A DNA stretch of 64,000 bases, from the NCBI GenBank assembly GCA_964509985.1, contig CAZDZQ010000010.1:6187-70186 (forward strand), given 5' to 3'. Below are positions 17,822 through 28,700 of this stretch, piece after piece; within the stretch, counting starts at the first letter, position 1, and every line of letters begins with the position of its first letter. The notes beneath the pieces are model-generated. The model did not search any database and was not told where the DNA came from. It worked only from the letters and a program-made list of their open reading frames with translations. Origin of the DNA: an uncultured Candidatus Peribacteria bacterium (lineage in GTDB: Bacteria; Patescibacteriota; Gracilibacteria; CAIRYL01). The translations under genes were made by a program, and so were the position numbers.

Positions 17822-20800
17822 TTATTTATTTAATAAATTCAATAATCCTTGAATTTCTTGAGGTAATTCATCTTTTCTTTCTGGCAATAAATTGTAAAAA
17901 TCTAACATTTCATTAGCTAATTTTATTCCCTTTGTTTTATCTTTATCTTCTAGATAATTATCATAAATATGGCTCATTATATTATTTAAAAGTCCAATAT
18001 TTGAATATGTTTGAAGTTGTATTATAAATTTTTGTAATGTTTTAAAATACTCAACAGAATTTTTATCATTTATAGATTTTAATTTATTAAATGTATTAAT
18101 AAATAATGAGGTTTGCTGATCAATCCATATAGAATCTTTTGTAATTATCTTATTTTTTAAATTTTCTATTTTTGCAGATAATAATTCTTTTTTAATGTAA
18201 TGTAATTTTTCAATATTAGCAGATTTTTTATTTTCAAGTTCTTCTTTCTTTTTAAATAATTGATTTTTAGACAAGTTTTTAAATTCAGATTTAATTTTTT
18301 CTTTTATTTCAGAAGAATATGAATTAAATATTTTTTCATGTGTATTTTTTTCTTCTTCCACTTCTGCAATTTCTTCTTTTATTTTTTTGTTCCAATAATT
18401 TAGATTTTTTTCATTTCTATGTAAATATCTATAAAATTTTCCATTAAATCCAGTATTAGTATCTGATAAATAATCAAAAGCATCGTCTCCCATAAATATA
18501 TTTCCGAAACTAATATCCCATAGAGAAGATCCTGATACTAAATCAGAAGCAGTTTTTGTAACTAATTTACCATCTTGATATGCTTCTGAATATTTTGATG
18601 AAATATTTTTTTCCATTTTTTCAATATAATCATCAATGTATTTACTTGCATCTTCTCCCCATATCAATGTTGCTATTGTGGCAGAAACTCCTCCTGCTAT
18701 ACCTCCAATAAGACCTCCCGTCCTTGATCCCGTAATTATTCCTGCACTAAATAATGCAATAATTGCGGATTCTTTTGTTACTGCAGAATATGGATTTTCT
18801 GCATCACTTATAAGTTGTAATGTGTATATAGTTCCTGCTACTCCTAAAATTTTTAAACTTTTTCCTACTACTTCTCTTGCTTTGGATTGTTTTTCTGGTG
18901 GTATTTTTTTGATTATGTCATTTACTTTTTTTAAAAATTTTGTAGTTTCATCCCTCAGTGGTTCAGTTGTTTCCCAAACCCACTTTGTTCCGTCCCAAAG
19001 TTTTTCAGTACTACCTGTTGTAAATTTAGTAGCTGCGGCTGTAGTTTTTAATTTTCTCCAATTTTTTTGTTTCTTTAAATCTGCATCAAGAGTTTCAATT
19101 TCTGTTGTAATTGTTTTAAGTTCTGTTTTTGCATCGCGGAATGCTTTTGTTGAATTTCTAAATCTTTTATTAATAATTTTTCTCTCTTTTTTTAAGTCAC
19201 TAATATCGTCGGTAAGAGTGTGCTTGTCTAATGTTAAATCGCCTATTTTTTCGAGTATAAGATCTCTCGATTCGGCTGTGGATGTTGCAAGGAGCCTTGC
19301 ATTTGCATTAATTATTTTTCGGTCAATTGTTGTAATTTGACCTGATTTACTTTTGATTTCAGCTGTAATTCGTTTACTTCCTTTTATAGACTTTGTTTTC
19401 GCTACATTCTTTTTACTTTTCAATGCTTTAACTTTGTCTGGTAGGGTTTTTTGTTTTTTTAGTGCTTTTTTTAATTTTTCTTCGCTTTCTTTTATTTCAA
19501 AGTCGGAAGCAATTCCTGCATTACGTTTTGCCGTTTCCCAGTCTGTTGCGTCTAATTCTGCTTGTTTGCTTATAATATTTGCTTCTGCAGTTTTTAAGTC
19601 TGATATAAGAGTGGTGTTGTGTTTGTTTAATTTTAGCTTTTCTTCAATAATAGCTTTTTCAATTTTCAGTTCTTTAAGTTTTTTTGTAATTTTGTAGTAG
19701 TCAGGTCTTGGGCTTTTATCTTTTAAATATTTTACTATTTGTTCTCTGTAGGTTATATTCATTCTTCTTTTTGTTACGGCTTTTACGCCTTCTCCATTTT
19801 TCCAAATTTCATTGGCTACAGATTTTAGGGTTGTTAAATTTCTAAATTTAGCAAGAGTTATATTTACTTTCTTATATGCTTTTAATTCTTTCTGAATAGC
19901 TTTCCATTCAGCTTTTAAATCGTCATTTTTTAAAAGTTCGTTAAGGGTTTCCATTTTTTTACCTGCTCCTGCAATAGGCTTGCTAGGGTCTAGTTTTGTG
20001 TTTAATGCGTTTCGTTTTGAATACATTGCCCTTGTTTCTTGTAACGTTTCTACTTTATCTAAAAAGATAAACAGTCTTTTTTCTGTTTTATCAAGAAACG
20101 GAACTTTTTTGTATCCCCATCTTTTTGCTTGCCTAAAATACCTTCCTGCAATTGCATTCGGATGTCGAGCCTGATGAAACGCTCTCCCTGTAGTTTTTAC
20201 AAGTGCATCACCTTTGTTTTCTATTATTGCACCAGCGTGTGCAGTTTTTACTACCCATTTTGGAATATTATAAAATAATCCTGCAGGAAATGTTGCGACT
20301 CGTGCAAGACTTCCTACAACTTTTAATACCTTTCCTGTTTTTTTTAATTTAGTCATACCTCCAGCTTTGTTTGCCGCAAGTTTTAATAAGCTATCGGCAC
20401 CTTTTGCTCCAGAAATAACAATAGCAGTGCTTGCAATTCCTCCAACTCCTTGTGTAAATTGCTCAACATCGAAGTCGAATGGATTTAACGCTCCAACTGT
20501 ATTCCATATATCCTCTGTTACGGTTGTCCACATCATGGCTCCTCCGAACCAAAATCCAAATTGTCCAGAGTCTAGTACCATTCCTACGGGGTTACTGTTA
20601 TCTTCGTAAATTGCATACATAATATCAATGAAAAATGCAGGATTTATCCATGGATCAGTAAACGATTCATATTTAACCAAAACCTCATACATTGGGCTTC
20701 CTTTTTTTATATCATCAGAAGAAAGCATTTGTCGTATAGAAAGATGAGCTGCTTTTTCAAAATGATTTTTTGCACCTTTTGCGAAAGATTCTAATGAATT

Positions 20801-22822
20801 TGTGTCTACAAAATCTTTATGCTCTAAAAAATCTTTATTTTCTATATCTGGTACAAATCCAATAGAAAATTCTACAGCGTTGTGGTCATGAGTAGCTTCT
20901 AAGTCTATAATAATTTCATTTCCATCTCTCTCGTAATAAAAGTCTCCATCAATTTTTTCTACAGCTTCTTCTAATCTATCATATAGATTTATTAATTCTT
21001 CAGTGTCGGTATTGTTTTTTATTTCTTCTGCAATTTCTAATACCTTTTGTACGTCGGGGGCATTTTTATCTCTATGTTTAGGAAGTATACTTAGTATATT
21101 GTTCATTCCTTGAATTTTTAGTATTTCTTTGTTTTTTGTAATTTGTGCAGATGTTTTTTCTACGGCTTTATTATGGTCTAATGGATCAAAAATCAAATCA
21201 TTAAAGGTATATAAAATAGTGTTATTTTTATCTTTTATAAAAAGTGAATATTTCCCATTAGTAGTGTTTGTAGGTCTTGTAATTATTTTACTTTCAACTG
21301 TATATCCTGCATTTTCTTGTGCAGTCATTGCAAGTCTATTGAATCTTACGTCTGAAAATTTGGTATCATGTCGCTTGTCTTTTTGTGCATTGTATTCATC
21401 AAGAAGTTTTTGTGCTTGTTTTTTAAATACTGAGTTTGTTTCGGTTGTAGTAATTTTTATTAGGGTTGTAAGGTGGTCTGTTGTTACAGGAGTATTTTTT
21501 GCTTCTATTCCAAATAGATTTGATTGCCTTATTATTTCATTATTTGTTACGTCGTCTATTAAATTAATCGTTCCGTCTTTTAGATCTTTTACTGCATTTC
21601 CTACAGCATTTTTCCCAGCATCTAAGAGGTTAAAATTAATACCTGTTTTTTCATGAATCCATTTTTGTGCAGATGCTGGTAAAAACAATCCAATAATTCC
21701 AAGAGTTGTAGTTCCTAGTAATCCACCACCTAGCCATTTCCATAATGATGAACTTCCTTCATCTGTACCAGATGTAGCACTTTTAGAGGTAAGTTTGTTT
21801 TTTGCTCCTTGTAATGCGGTACTTCCTGCCCACCATGCAGCTAATCCACCAAGCACATACTTACCTACTTCTATCGCCTTGTCGCTAGTACTATGATTTG
21901 AAGAACTTAAATATTTCCATGAATCTGAGCCTGTTTCTACTGCAATATCATAAGAATCTGAAAAAAAATGTTTTCCAGATTTCACAAGATCTCCTGTTTT
22001 AGAGTAGTCTAAGGCTATGTCAGTTACCGCTTTCGCTATAGTTCCAGCAACTAATGCTTTTCCTAGTGACCCTTTCCCAGATCCTTTTACTAAGGCGGTA
22101 GTTAAAAGTGCTGCTCCACCACCTACAATGTTTCCAATAGTACGGTTGCTGATTTTCTTAGTTTTTTCTGTGTTAGTTGTTGTAGTTTTTTCTGGTGTAG
22201 GAGGGTTTTTTTTAAAATGCTGAACACTTGTGTTTACCGTACTTGTAATTCTTTCTTTCCATTTTTTCTGTAAGATATCTGCAAAAGAGTTTTTTTCTGG
22301 ATTTTTAATCGCAAATATTTGTCCAAATAATTGAAGAATAGATCTAATATTTGTGTCTGTATTTTTTACTCCAGAGTGTTGTAATAAGTCAGCAGGATTA
22401 AGATGTTTTATATGTTCTGCATAGGATAAATTAGTTGGAGAATTTTTTTCATTTTTAAAATACTCATATTCAATCGCATCTCCTATTGCGAGTAAAGTTC
22501 CAAGTCCTAAGCTATTTGCAGTTTTTGTTATATTTAATTTGTCTGCATTTGTGTTTGGTGCTTTATTTGCCCATGAAAGATTTTTGCTTAATGCAAGTAT
22601 TTTGGCTGCACAAGAATTCCTTCCTATATCTTCTAAGTCTTTTTCTTGGCTTTCGGTTTTATTGTATCGACTTTCTATTAAATAATTTAAAGAGAGAGAT
22701 TCTAAGTTAGAAAAGCTTGTTTCTGCTATTTTATCTAAATCTGCTATTTTATCTAAATCTTTTACATCAAGTGTATCAGTAAGGCTGAGTTTTGGAATGT
22801 TGTCTAATTTTGTATTTGTCAT
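17822..22822 (-). CDS. 1666-aa protein of unknown function with five Gly-rich hydrophobic (glycine-zipper-like) segments and long basic coiled coils
   Basis: Single uninterrupted ORF with no N-terminal signal peptide. Hydrophobic Gly/Ala-rich segments include IVGGGAALLTTALVKGSGKGSLGKALVAGTIAKAV, LGGLAAWWAGSTAL, WLGGGLLGTTTLGIIGLFL, FGFWFGGAMMW...GVGGIASTAIVISGAKGA and GIITGSRTGGLIGGIAGGVSATIATLIWG. Lys-rich heptad-like stretches lie between them. Confidence 0.8.
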   Translation of the reverse strand: MTNTKLDNIPKLSLTDTLDVKDLDKIADLDKIAETSFSNLESLSLNYLIESRYNKTESQEKDLEDIGRNSCAAKILALSKNLSWANKAPNTNADKLNITKTANSLGLGTLLAIGDAIEYEYFKNEKNSPTNLSYAEHIKHLNPADLLQHSGVKNTDTNIRSILQLFGQIFAIKNPEKNSFADILQKKWKERITSTVNTSVQHFKKNPPTPEKTTTTNTEKTKKISNRTIGNIVGGGAALLTTALVKGSGKGSLGKALVAGTIAKAVTDIALDYSKTGDLVKSGKHFFSDSYDIAVETGSDSWKYLSSSNHSTSDKAIEVGKYVLGGLAAWWAGSTALQGAKNKLTSKSATSGTDEGSSSLWKWLGGGLLGTTTLGIIGLFLPASAQKWIHEKTGINFNLLDAGKNAVGNAVKDLKDGTINLIDDVTNNEIIRQSNLFGIEAKNTPVTTDHLTTLIKITTTETNSVFKKQAQKLLDEYNAQKDKRHDTKFSDVRFNRLAMTAQENAGYTVESKIITRPTNTTNGKYSLFIKDKNNTILYTFNDLIFDPLDHNKAVEKTSAQITKNKEILKIQGMNNILSILPKHRDKNAPDVQKVLEIAEEIKNNTDTEELINLYDRLEEAVEKIDGDFYYERDGNEIIIDLEATHDHNAVEFSIGFVPDIENKDFLEHKDFVDTNSLESFAKGAKNHFEKAAHLSIRQMLSSDDIKKGSPMYEVLVKYESFTDPWINPAFFIDIMYAIYEDNSNPVGMVLDSGQFGFWFGGAMMWTTVTEDIWNTVGALNPFDFDVEQFTQGVGGIASTAIVISGAKGADSLLKLAANKAGGMTKLKKTGKVLKVVGSLARVATFPAGLFYNIPKWVVKTAHAGAIIENKGDALVKTTGRAFHQARHPNAIAGRYFRQAKRWGYKKVPFLDKTEKRLFIFLDKVETLQETRAMYSKRNALNTKLDPSKPIAGAGKKMETLNELLKNDDLKAEWKAIQKELKAYKKVNITLAKFRNLTTLKSVANEIWKNGEGVKAVTKRRMNITYREQIVKYLKDKSPRPDYYKITKKLKELKIEKAIIEEKLKLNKHNTTLISDLKTAEANIISKQAELDATDWETAKRNAGIASDFEIKESEEKLKKALKKQKTLPDKVKALKSKKNVAKTKSIKGSKRITAEIKSKSGQITTIDRKIINANARLLATSTAESRDLILEKIGDLTLDKHTLTDDISDLKKERKIINKRFRNSTKAFRDAKTELKTITTEIETLDADLKKQKNWRKLKTTAAATKFTTGSTEKLWDGTKWVWETTEPLRDETTKFLKKVNDIIKKIPPEKQSKAREVVGKSLKILGVAGTIYTLQLISDAENPYSAVTKESAIIALFSAGIITGSRTGGLIGGIAGGVSATIATLIWGEDASKYIDDYIEKMEKNISSKYSEAYQDGKLVTKTASDLVSGSSLWDISFGNIFMGDDAFDYLSDTNTGFNGKFYRYLHRNEKNLNYWNKKIKEEIAEVEEEKNTHEKIFNSYSSEIKEKIKSEFKNLSKNQLFKKKEELENKKSANIEKLHYIKKELLSAKIENLKNKIITKDSIWIDQQTSLFINTFNKLKSINDKNSVEYFKTLQKFIIQLQTYSNIGLLNNIMSHIYDNYLEDKDKTKGIKLANEMLDFYNLLPERKDELPQEIQGLLNLLNK

Positions 22823-22976
22823 ATAAATAATTATAAATAGTTAATTTTTTTAACAAATTATACACTAATTTTTTATATACATACAGTTCAAATTCAATAT
22901 ATTATGTGTATTAAATTATGTTTTTTAGTATAATATTATGATATGTTTTTAAAATATAAAAAATTAGAGAAAAAAT

Positions 22977-25604
22977 ATGACATTGAAAAAATTGTTTAAA
23001 TTTCGGATTTTATTCATGATGCTTATATTTGCAGGTATTAGTGCTGTGCAAATGTTGGTAGATAATGTGGATTATAAAAGCTTTTTTGATTGGTTAATTT
23101 CAAATTTTCCAGATAGGCAAATGAGTATTGTGATAGATTTTTTTTGGATTTATTATTCTCTTACTATTGGTTTTGCGCTTATGCGAAAATGGTATCATGA
23201 GCGAAAAAGTAGAAATTTAGTTTATATAAAGGCAACAATGCCTCGGGCAGATTCTAAAGCAGATGAAGAAAAACGAACACATAAAGATTTTAAAGAGGTT
23301 ATGGGTGTAATGTCTCAGTTTTATAGATCTATGTATGAAATTTCAGATTTGAACTGGTGGCATTCTGTTATTTCTCGAATTTGGGATCATAATGAAATTT
23401 CGTGTGAATTGGTAATGATTAACCGTCAATTACAGTTTTATGTAGTGTGTGATGAATATTATCAATCTATAGTAGAAAAGCAATTAACAGCATTGTATTC
23501 TGCGGTAGAAGTGGAAACTTCACGAAAGGATTATCAGTTTAAAACGAAAGGATACTCAATGAATGGATATAATCTTTTTACAAAAAATGAAGATTACTAT
23601 CCTATTAAAATGATAAAAGAAATGGAGGAAGATCCGTTAAATGATATTACAAATGTTTTTTCAAAACTTTCACCAGATGAAACGGCAGCTATTCAAATTA
23701 TTATAAATCCAATTGGAGATGAGTGGCGACAAGAGGCCGAGAGAATTTCAACTCTTTTATTTAAAGAAAAAGAAGTGAATACATTTCCTAAATTTTTAGA
23801 TATTCCGGTTATTGGAATTATTTTTAGATTTATTGGGGCTTTATTTTCTGGCAGTACAGATATTTTAAAGTCTAAAAAAGAAGAATCTGGAGGAATTGTG
23901 AGAATGTTGCAACCAAAAGAAGAGGCGATTAAGAGAATGGGGTTGAAGTCTGGGCAAGAGCCGTTTATTACGCATATTAGAATTATGGTGTGTGCAAAAA
24001 CAGATAAACGTGTTGAAAGTTTACTTAACGATATTTTGGTTTCTTTTACTGTTTTTCGAGACACATATTCAAATTGGTTTGATTATAAAAGAATTTTTCC
24101 TGTTGATTCTATAAATGGTTGGTTGATGTTTCATGGTTTTAAAAGAAGGCTTGGTCAGGCTTATTTTGGAAAACCAAGTGTTTTGGTTCCAGATGAACTT
24201 TCAACTTTGTATCATATGCCAGATTCTAAATATAATAGATCTAGTACAATTCAATGGTTGAAGTATAAGAAATTGCAACCACCAAAAGATTTGCCAACAG
24301 AGGGGGTATTAATGGGATACAATACATATCGTGGTATTCCAACTCCTGTATATATTTCGGCTTATGACCGTTCTCGGCATATGTATGTTTTGGGGAAATC
24401 TGGTTCTGGTAAGTCTGTATTGCTTTCGTATATGGCACGACAAGATGCAAAAAATGGAACTGGTTTTGGAATTATTGATCCACATGGAGATTTAATTGAA
24501 GATATTTTGCGATATATTCCAAAAGAAAGAGCAAGAGATGTTGTAGTGTTTAATCCTGCAGATACAGAGCGACCAATGGGGTTAAATATATTGGAGGCAA
24601 AAACTCCAGAACAAAAGGATAGAGCTGCACTGGATGCCATGCAAATTTTTATTAAAATGTTTGGAAATGAAATTTTTGGTCCACGAATTCAACATTATTT
24701 TAGAAATGCGTGTTTAACATTAATGGACGATGAAGAAGAGGGGGCTACTATTTTGGATATTCCTCGAATGTTTATTGATGAAACTTTTCAAAAATATAAA
24801 GTTACAAAGTGTAAAAATACAGTGGTTCGTCAGTTTTGGGAGGGAGAAATTGCAAATACTGGGGATAGAGAAAAACAAGAGATGATTCCATATTTTACAT
24901 CAAAATTTGGTCCATTTATTTCAAATACTACTATTCGTAATATTATTGGTCAGCCAAAAAGTGCATTTAATGTTCGAGATGTGATGGATGAAGGAAAAAT
25001 TCTTTTAATTAATCTTTCAAAAGGTTTGATTGGAGATACAAATGCACAGCTTTTAGGGTTGATATTGGTAAATAAAGTTTCTATGGCAGCCATGAGTCGT
25101 GCTGATATTCCAGAAGAAGAGCGGGTTCCTTTCTTTTTATATGTGGATGAGTTTCAAAATTTTGCAACAGATGCATTTGGAGATATTTTGTCGGAAGCCC
25201 GAAAATATAAACTAGCACTTGTGATGGCGCATCAATATATTGCTCAGTTGAATGGTGGGGGAATGGGAGGAAAAGAAACAAAATTGAAAGAAGCTATTTT
25301 TGGTAATGTGGGAACAATGATTACATTTAAAATGGGGGCAGAAGATGCAGAATATTTTGAAAAAGAATATGCTCCAGTGCTTTCAAATCAGGATATTTTA
25401 TCTATTGCAAATTATAAAGCATATTTAAAACTTTCTATTGGAAATGCACCATCGCGTCCTTTTTCTATGGGGACTATTTGGGATCAAACAGGGTCGAACC
25501 AAAAAGTGGCGAATATATTAAAAGAATATTCTAGAACTCGATATGGTAGAAAATTAGAATTTGTAAATCAAGAAATTGAAGCGAGGTTAGGAATTGTGGA
25601 GTAG
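22977..25604 (+). CDS. membrane-anchored P-loop ATPase, type IV secretion coupling protein-like (VirD4/TraD/TraG; FtsK-HerA superfamily)
   Basis: Two N-terminal TM helices (ILFMMLIFAGISAVQML; FFWIYYSLTIGFALM). Walker A VLGKSGSGKS (about 24393-24416) is followed by IIDPHGDL. Walker B is FFLYVDEFQNF. The ARKYKLALVMAHQYIAQL block is typical of TraG-D_C/DUF87-type ATPases. Confidence 0.7.
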   Translation: MTLKKLFKFRILFMMLIFAGISAVQMLVDNVDYKSFFDWLISNFPDRQMSIVIDFFWIYYSLTIGFALMRKWYHERKSRNLVYIKATMPRADSKADEEKRTHKDFKEVMGVMSQFYRSMYEISDLNWWHSVISRIWDHNEISCELVMINRQLQFYVVCDEYYQSIVEKQLTALYSAVEVETSRKDYQFKTKGYSMNGYNLFTKNEDYYPIKMIKEMEEDPLNDITNVFSKLSPDETAAIQIIINPIGDEWRQEAERISTLLFKEKEVNTFPKFLDIPVIGIIFRFIGALFSGSTDILKSKKEESGGIVRMLQPKEEAIKRMGLKSGQEPFITHIRIMVCAKTDKRVESLLNDILVSFTVFRDTYSNWFDYKRIFPVDSINGWLMFHGFKRRLGQAYFGKPSVLVPDELSTLYHMPDSKYNRSSTIQWLKYKKLQPPKDLPTEGVLMGYNTYRGIPTPVYISAYDRSRHMYVLGKSGSGKSVLLSYMARQDAKNGTGFGIIDPHGDLIEDILRYIPKERARDVVVFNPADTERPMGLNILEAKTPEQKDRAALDAMQIFIKMFGNEIFGPRIQHYFRNACLTLMDDEEEGATILDIPRMFIDETFQKYKVTKCKNTVVRQFWEGEIANTGDREKQEMIPYFTSKFGPFISNTTIRNIIGQPKSAFNVRDVMDEGKILLINLSKGLIGDTNAQLLGLILVNKVSMAAMSRADIPEEERVPFFLYVDEFQNFATDAFGDILSEARKYKLALVMAHQYIAQLNGGGMGGKETKLKEAIFGNVGTMITFKMGAEDAEYFEKEYAPVLSNQDILSIANYKAYLKLSIGNAPSRPFSMGTIWDQTGSNQKVANILKEYSRTRYGRKLEFVNQEIEARLGIVE

Positions 25605-25685
25605 AAAAACACTTTATGTTATAAAATAAAAATAAGAATAAGTAATATAAAATTTTATTATTAAATAGTTATATTTAGAAGTGTT

Positions 25686-25694
25686 TGGTATAAT
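25686..25694 (+). promoter_or_regulatory. extended -10 promoter element (TGGTATAAT) upstream of the giant gene
   Basis: TGnTATAAT match ~70 nt upstream of the ATG at 25764. Confidence 0.35.
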
Positions 25695-25763
25695 TATATG
25701 ATTGTTTTGTATAAAATAATCAGCACTGTTTTAATAAAATACACACATTAACATATTTATATC

Positions 25764-28700
25764 ATGTTTTTTTTAAAAATTTTTTCAAATTTTTTTCAAT
25801 TTATATTTCAGCAATTAAAAGTTGTATGGTTTTTTATGTTTCATTTTTTTAGATTTAAGCCATTAGTATCTAGTGTTATTATAATTGCATTAATTTTGCC
25901 AATATTATTACCTTGGCAAAATATAATGGTTTCTTCGCAATATATAGAATCGGAGCATAGTTTGATAACTATTTTTGTAGATAAAAATTTGTATGATAAT
26001 GTTGAATTAAATAAAAAAATAACAAGATATGCACAAGATGTTCAATATTCATATTCTGATACAAAAGTTTCTATTATTCCAGTAAATAAAGAAAAAACAT
26101 CAGAAGAAATTTATAGAATTTTAGAAAAATATTATTTTGAAGGGCAAAAAATAGAAGATAATATTTTTTTTCTTACGGGAATAATTATTATAGGAGATGT
26201 TATTTTGCCAGATTTAAAATCTGAAGCTGGAAATATGCCATCTATTTTTCCGTATACTGATTTTGAAAAACCAGTTTTTATTTGGGATACAGAAGATAAA
26301 AAATGGATAGAAAATCCGAAAGTAAATACTCCAAGTGCAGAAATTTGGCATGGAATAATTCCAGGAACAAAAAGTCAATTATTTAAATTTTTTGATAAAA
26401 ATCATGTTATGCATGAAAAATTATATTCTGGTTCAGAAGAATTTAATGATGTAATTCGTGATGAAATTTTGTATTGGGATAGTACAACTGAGAAAACAGG
26501 AATGCAAAAAATGAATTTGCAACAATATGAAAAAGCGATGGATTTAATGGGTTATAGAAAAGAATTTAAATATTATACAAATTTTTTAAAATTTTTATAT
26601 TCAGATTTTTTAAATGAAAAGGATTTTGAAGATGATATTCCGGAAACTGTAAAATCTTTGTATCCAGACAATAGAGATATATTTTTAGAAAAAATAGATG
26701 ATGTAAAAGAAAAAATATCTGGAGATACTTTAAATAATATTCCAGATAGAAATGTTAAAGTATCCATAGAGAAATTACTTCCAACTTATGCAGAAGTTGT
26801 AAAGTCTTATGAAACAGATTCTCAAGAATTTATAAAAAATACGGGGAGATGGGATAATAAATCTGCAGATACTGTTCCAGAAATGATTTCTGTGATGGAT
26901 GAATATGTAGGAAATGAAATTAAAAAAATTAATGATACATTTAAAAATGTGAGTATTAATAATGTTAAACAATTAGACGGAGAAAAAGAAATTATTGTAA
27001 AAGAAAAAATAAATCATTGGACTTCAGAAAAACCTGTGAAGTATTGCGAAGAAGAGAGAACTCATCCACGATATAATTATATAAATGGATATTTGGCAGA
27101 ACCAACACCTGCTCCTATTGTAAATGGTGAGCGGTATTATGACTTGGATAATCCACCACAAATGATAGAGGATACAAAAGATTGTACGCTTTATCGAGGA
27201 GAAAAGGGGTCTCATGAATTGTATGGAAATAAGGATTTTTATACATGGTTAGATCAAAAAAAAGGAAAAATTCCTGATTCAACAGATGAATCGTATATTT
27301 ACTTACCAGATAGTTTGCCAAATGTTTCTTCAAAATTGGTAGAATACAATAAGCTGGATTCTATTGAATGGCTCGAGAAAGAGCGTGGAGATGCTGATGA
27401 AAAAGTAGGGGGATGTTATTTAGGATCTGAAGAAAATGATGATATATGTATTCCTATGGAAGCAACTATTCCTGTTCTTGCATGGGACGGAGGAGTTGAA
27501 AGAGCACCAAGGGAATATTTTCCGTATGGAGATAGAACTCTAGGTAAATTGGAAGAAGATGCAGAAATTTCTGCAATTTCTTGTAATAGAATGTCTTTTG
27601 CAGAAGAGAGATATGGAGTTGTTGGTTCTGATAATTTAGGGAATCCAATTTTCGGTTGTGTTCCATATTATGGAGTACATAAAGCTTATAACACAAAAAC
27701 GATTTCTTCGTATACATTGCATGACGATGCATCTTTAAATGATGAAAAATCATTAAATGAAGTAGTTGGACGATTGAAATCGAAGGCTATGGGTGTAAAT
27801 AAAAATTCTTTTCAAACTGTTTTAAATGGAAGATATGATGGAATTCAAGAGTCTGTAGATCAATATTTTCCAGATTTTTTTAGATTGCAATATAAAAAAA
27901 TGATACATTCTGCAGTTCTTACTCAGTATGAATTAAGTCGAATTGCATTTTGGAATAGCTTGCAACTATTAGGAGGAGGAGCTATTTATAATAGAACTTC
28001 TCAGTTGAAAAATTCCATGGGGATGATGGTTCAAGTTCCTGTTATTAAGGCACAAAGATTGGTAATGTTTGATGAAAAAACAAATACTTCTAAAACGAGT
28101 GAATCGTTTATTATGCCTGATAATTTGAATAAGAGGCCATTAGACTATGAATTACCTGCATATGAAACAATGTTGCAAGTTTTGGTAGATCCTGAGATTT
28201 GTTTTGATGAAGATAAATTTCGTGTAAAAATATTAAAACCTAAAATTACAGCATATGCAGAAGATTATTTTAAAATGCATTATGATTTGCCAGGTGGTGT
28301 AAGAAATTTATTAGCACAGCATATTTCAGGGTTAAATTATGCAAAAACATGGGAGTATGAGGTTGCTATGGATTTAATAGCAACAGTAGTTTATTCAAGG
28401 GGATATAATTCTTGTGCAATTCTAGACGAAGGACCAATTATGCGTGATATTCATTCTTTTGAATATAAAAAGAAAACAAATCCATCAGACTATTTTTTAA
28501 AAGATTTATTAACAGAACAAAATGTTGAAGTAGATCCTGATTTTAATAAATATAGATATTTGGCATTTCATAATGTTGGAAGTACATGGCAATGGGAACC
28601 GTTGGTAAAAGGTATTTTTAAAAAAAAATACTCTCCTGAAGAGCTTGATGAATTACAATCAGTAATTTCTTCAGAATTTTCTGAAGAAGTTTCTGAACAA

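Noticed and set aside
18636-21656. Long plus-strand ORFs (234 aa at 18636..19340, 114 aa at 19353..19697, 175 aa at 21129..21656 and others) inside the 1666-aa minus-strand gene.
   Set aside because: They are antisense shadows of a Lys/Glu/Gly-rich coding strand. Their translations are Phe/Ser/Leu/Val low-complexity strings with no motifs. The minus-strand ORF is far longer and is uninterrupted.
17822-22822. Reading the 1666-aa protein as a phage tail tape-measure protein and the locus as a prophage.
   Set aside because: No capsid, portal, terminase, tail, integrase or lysis genes lie anywhere nearby. The resemblance is limited to coiled coils plus Gly-rich hydrophobic segments. I kept it only as one comparison family to test.
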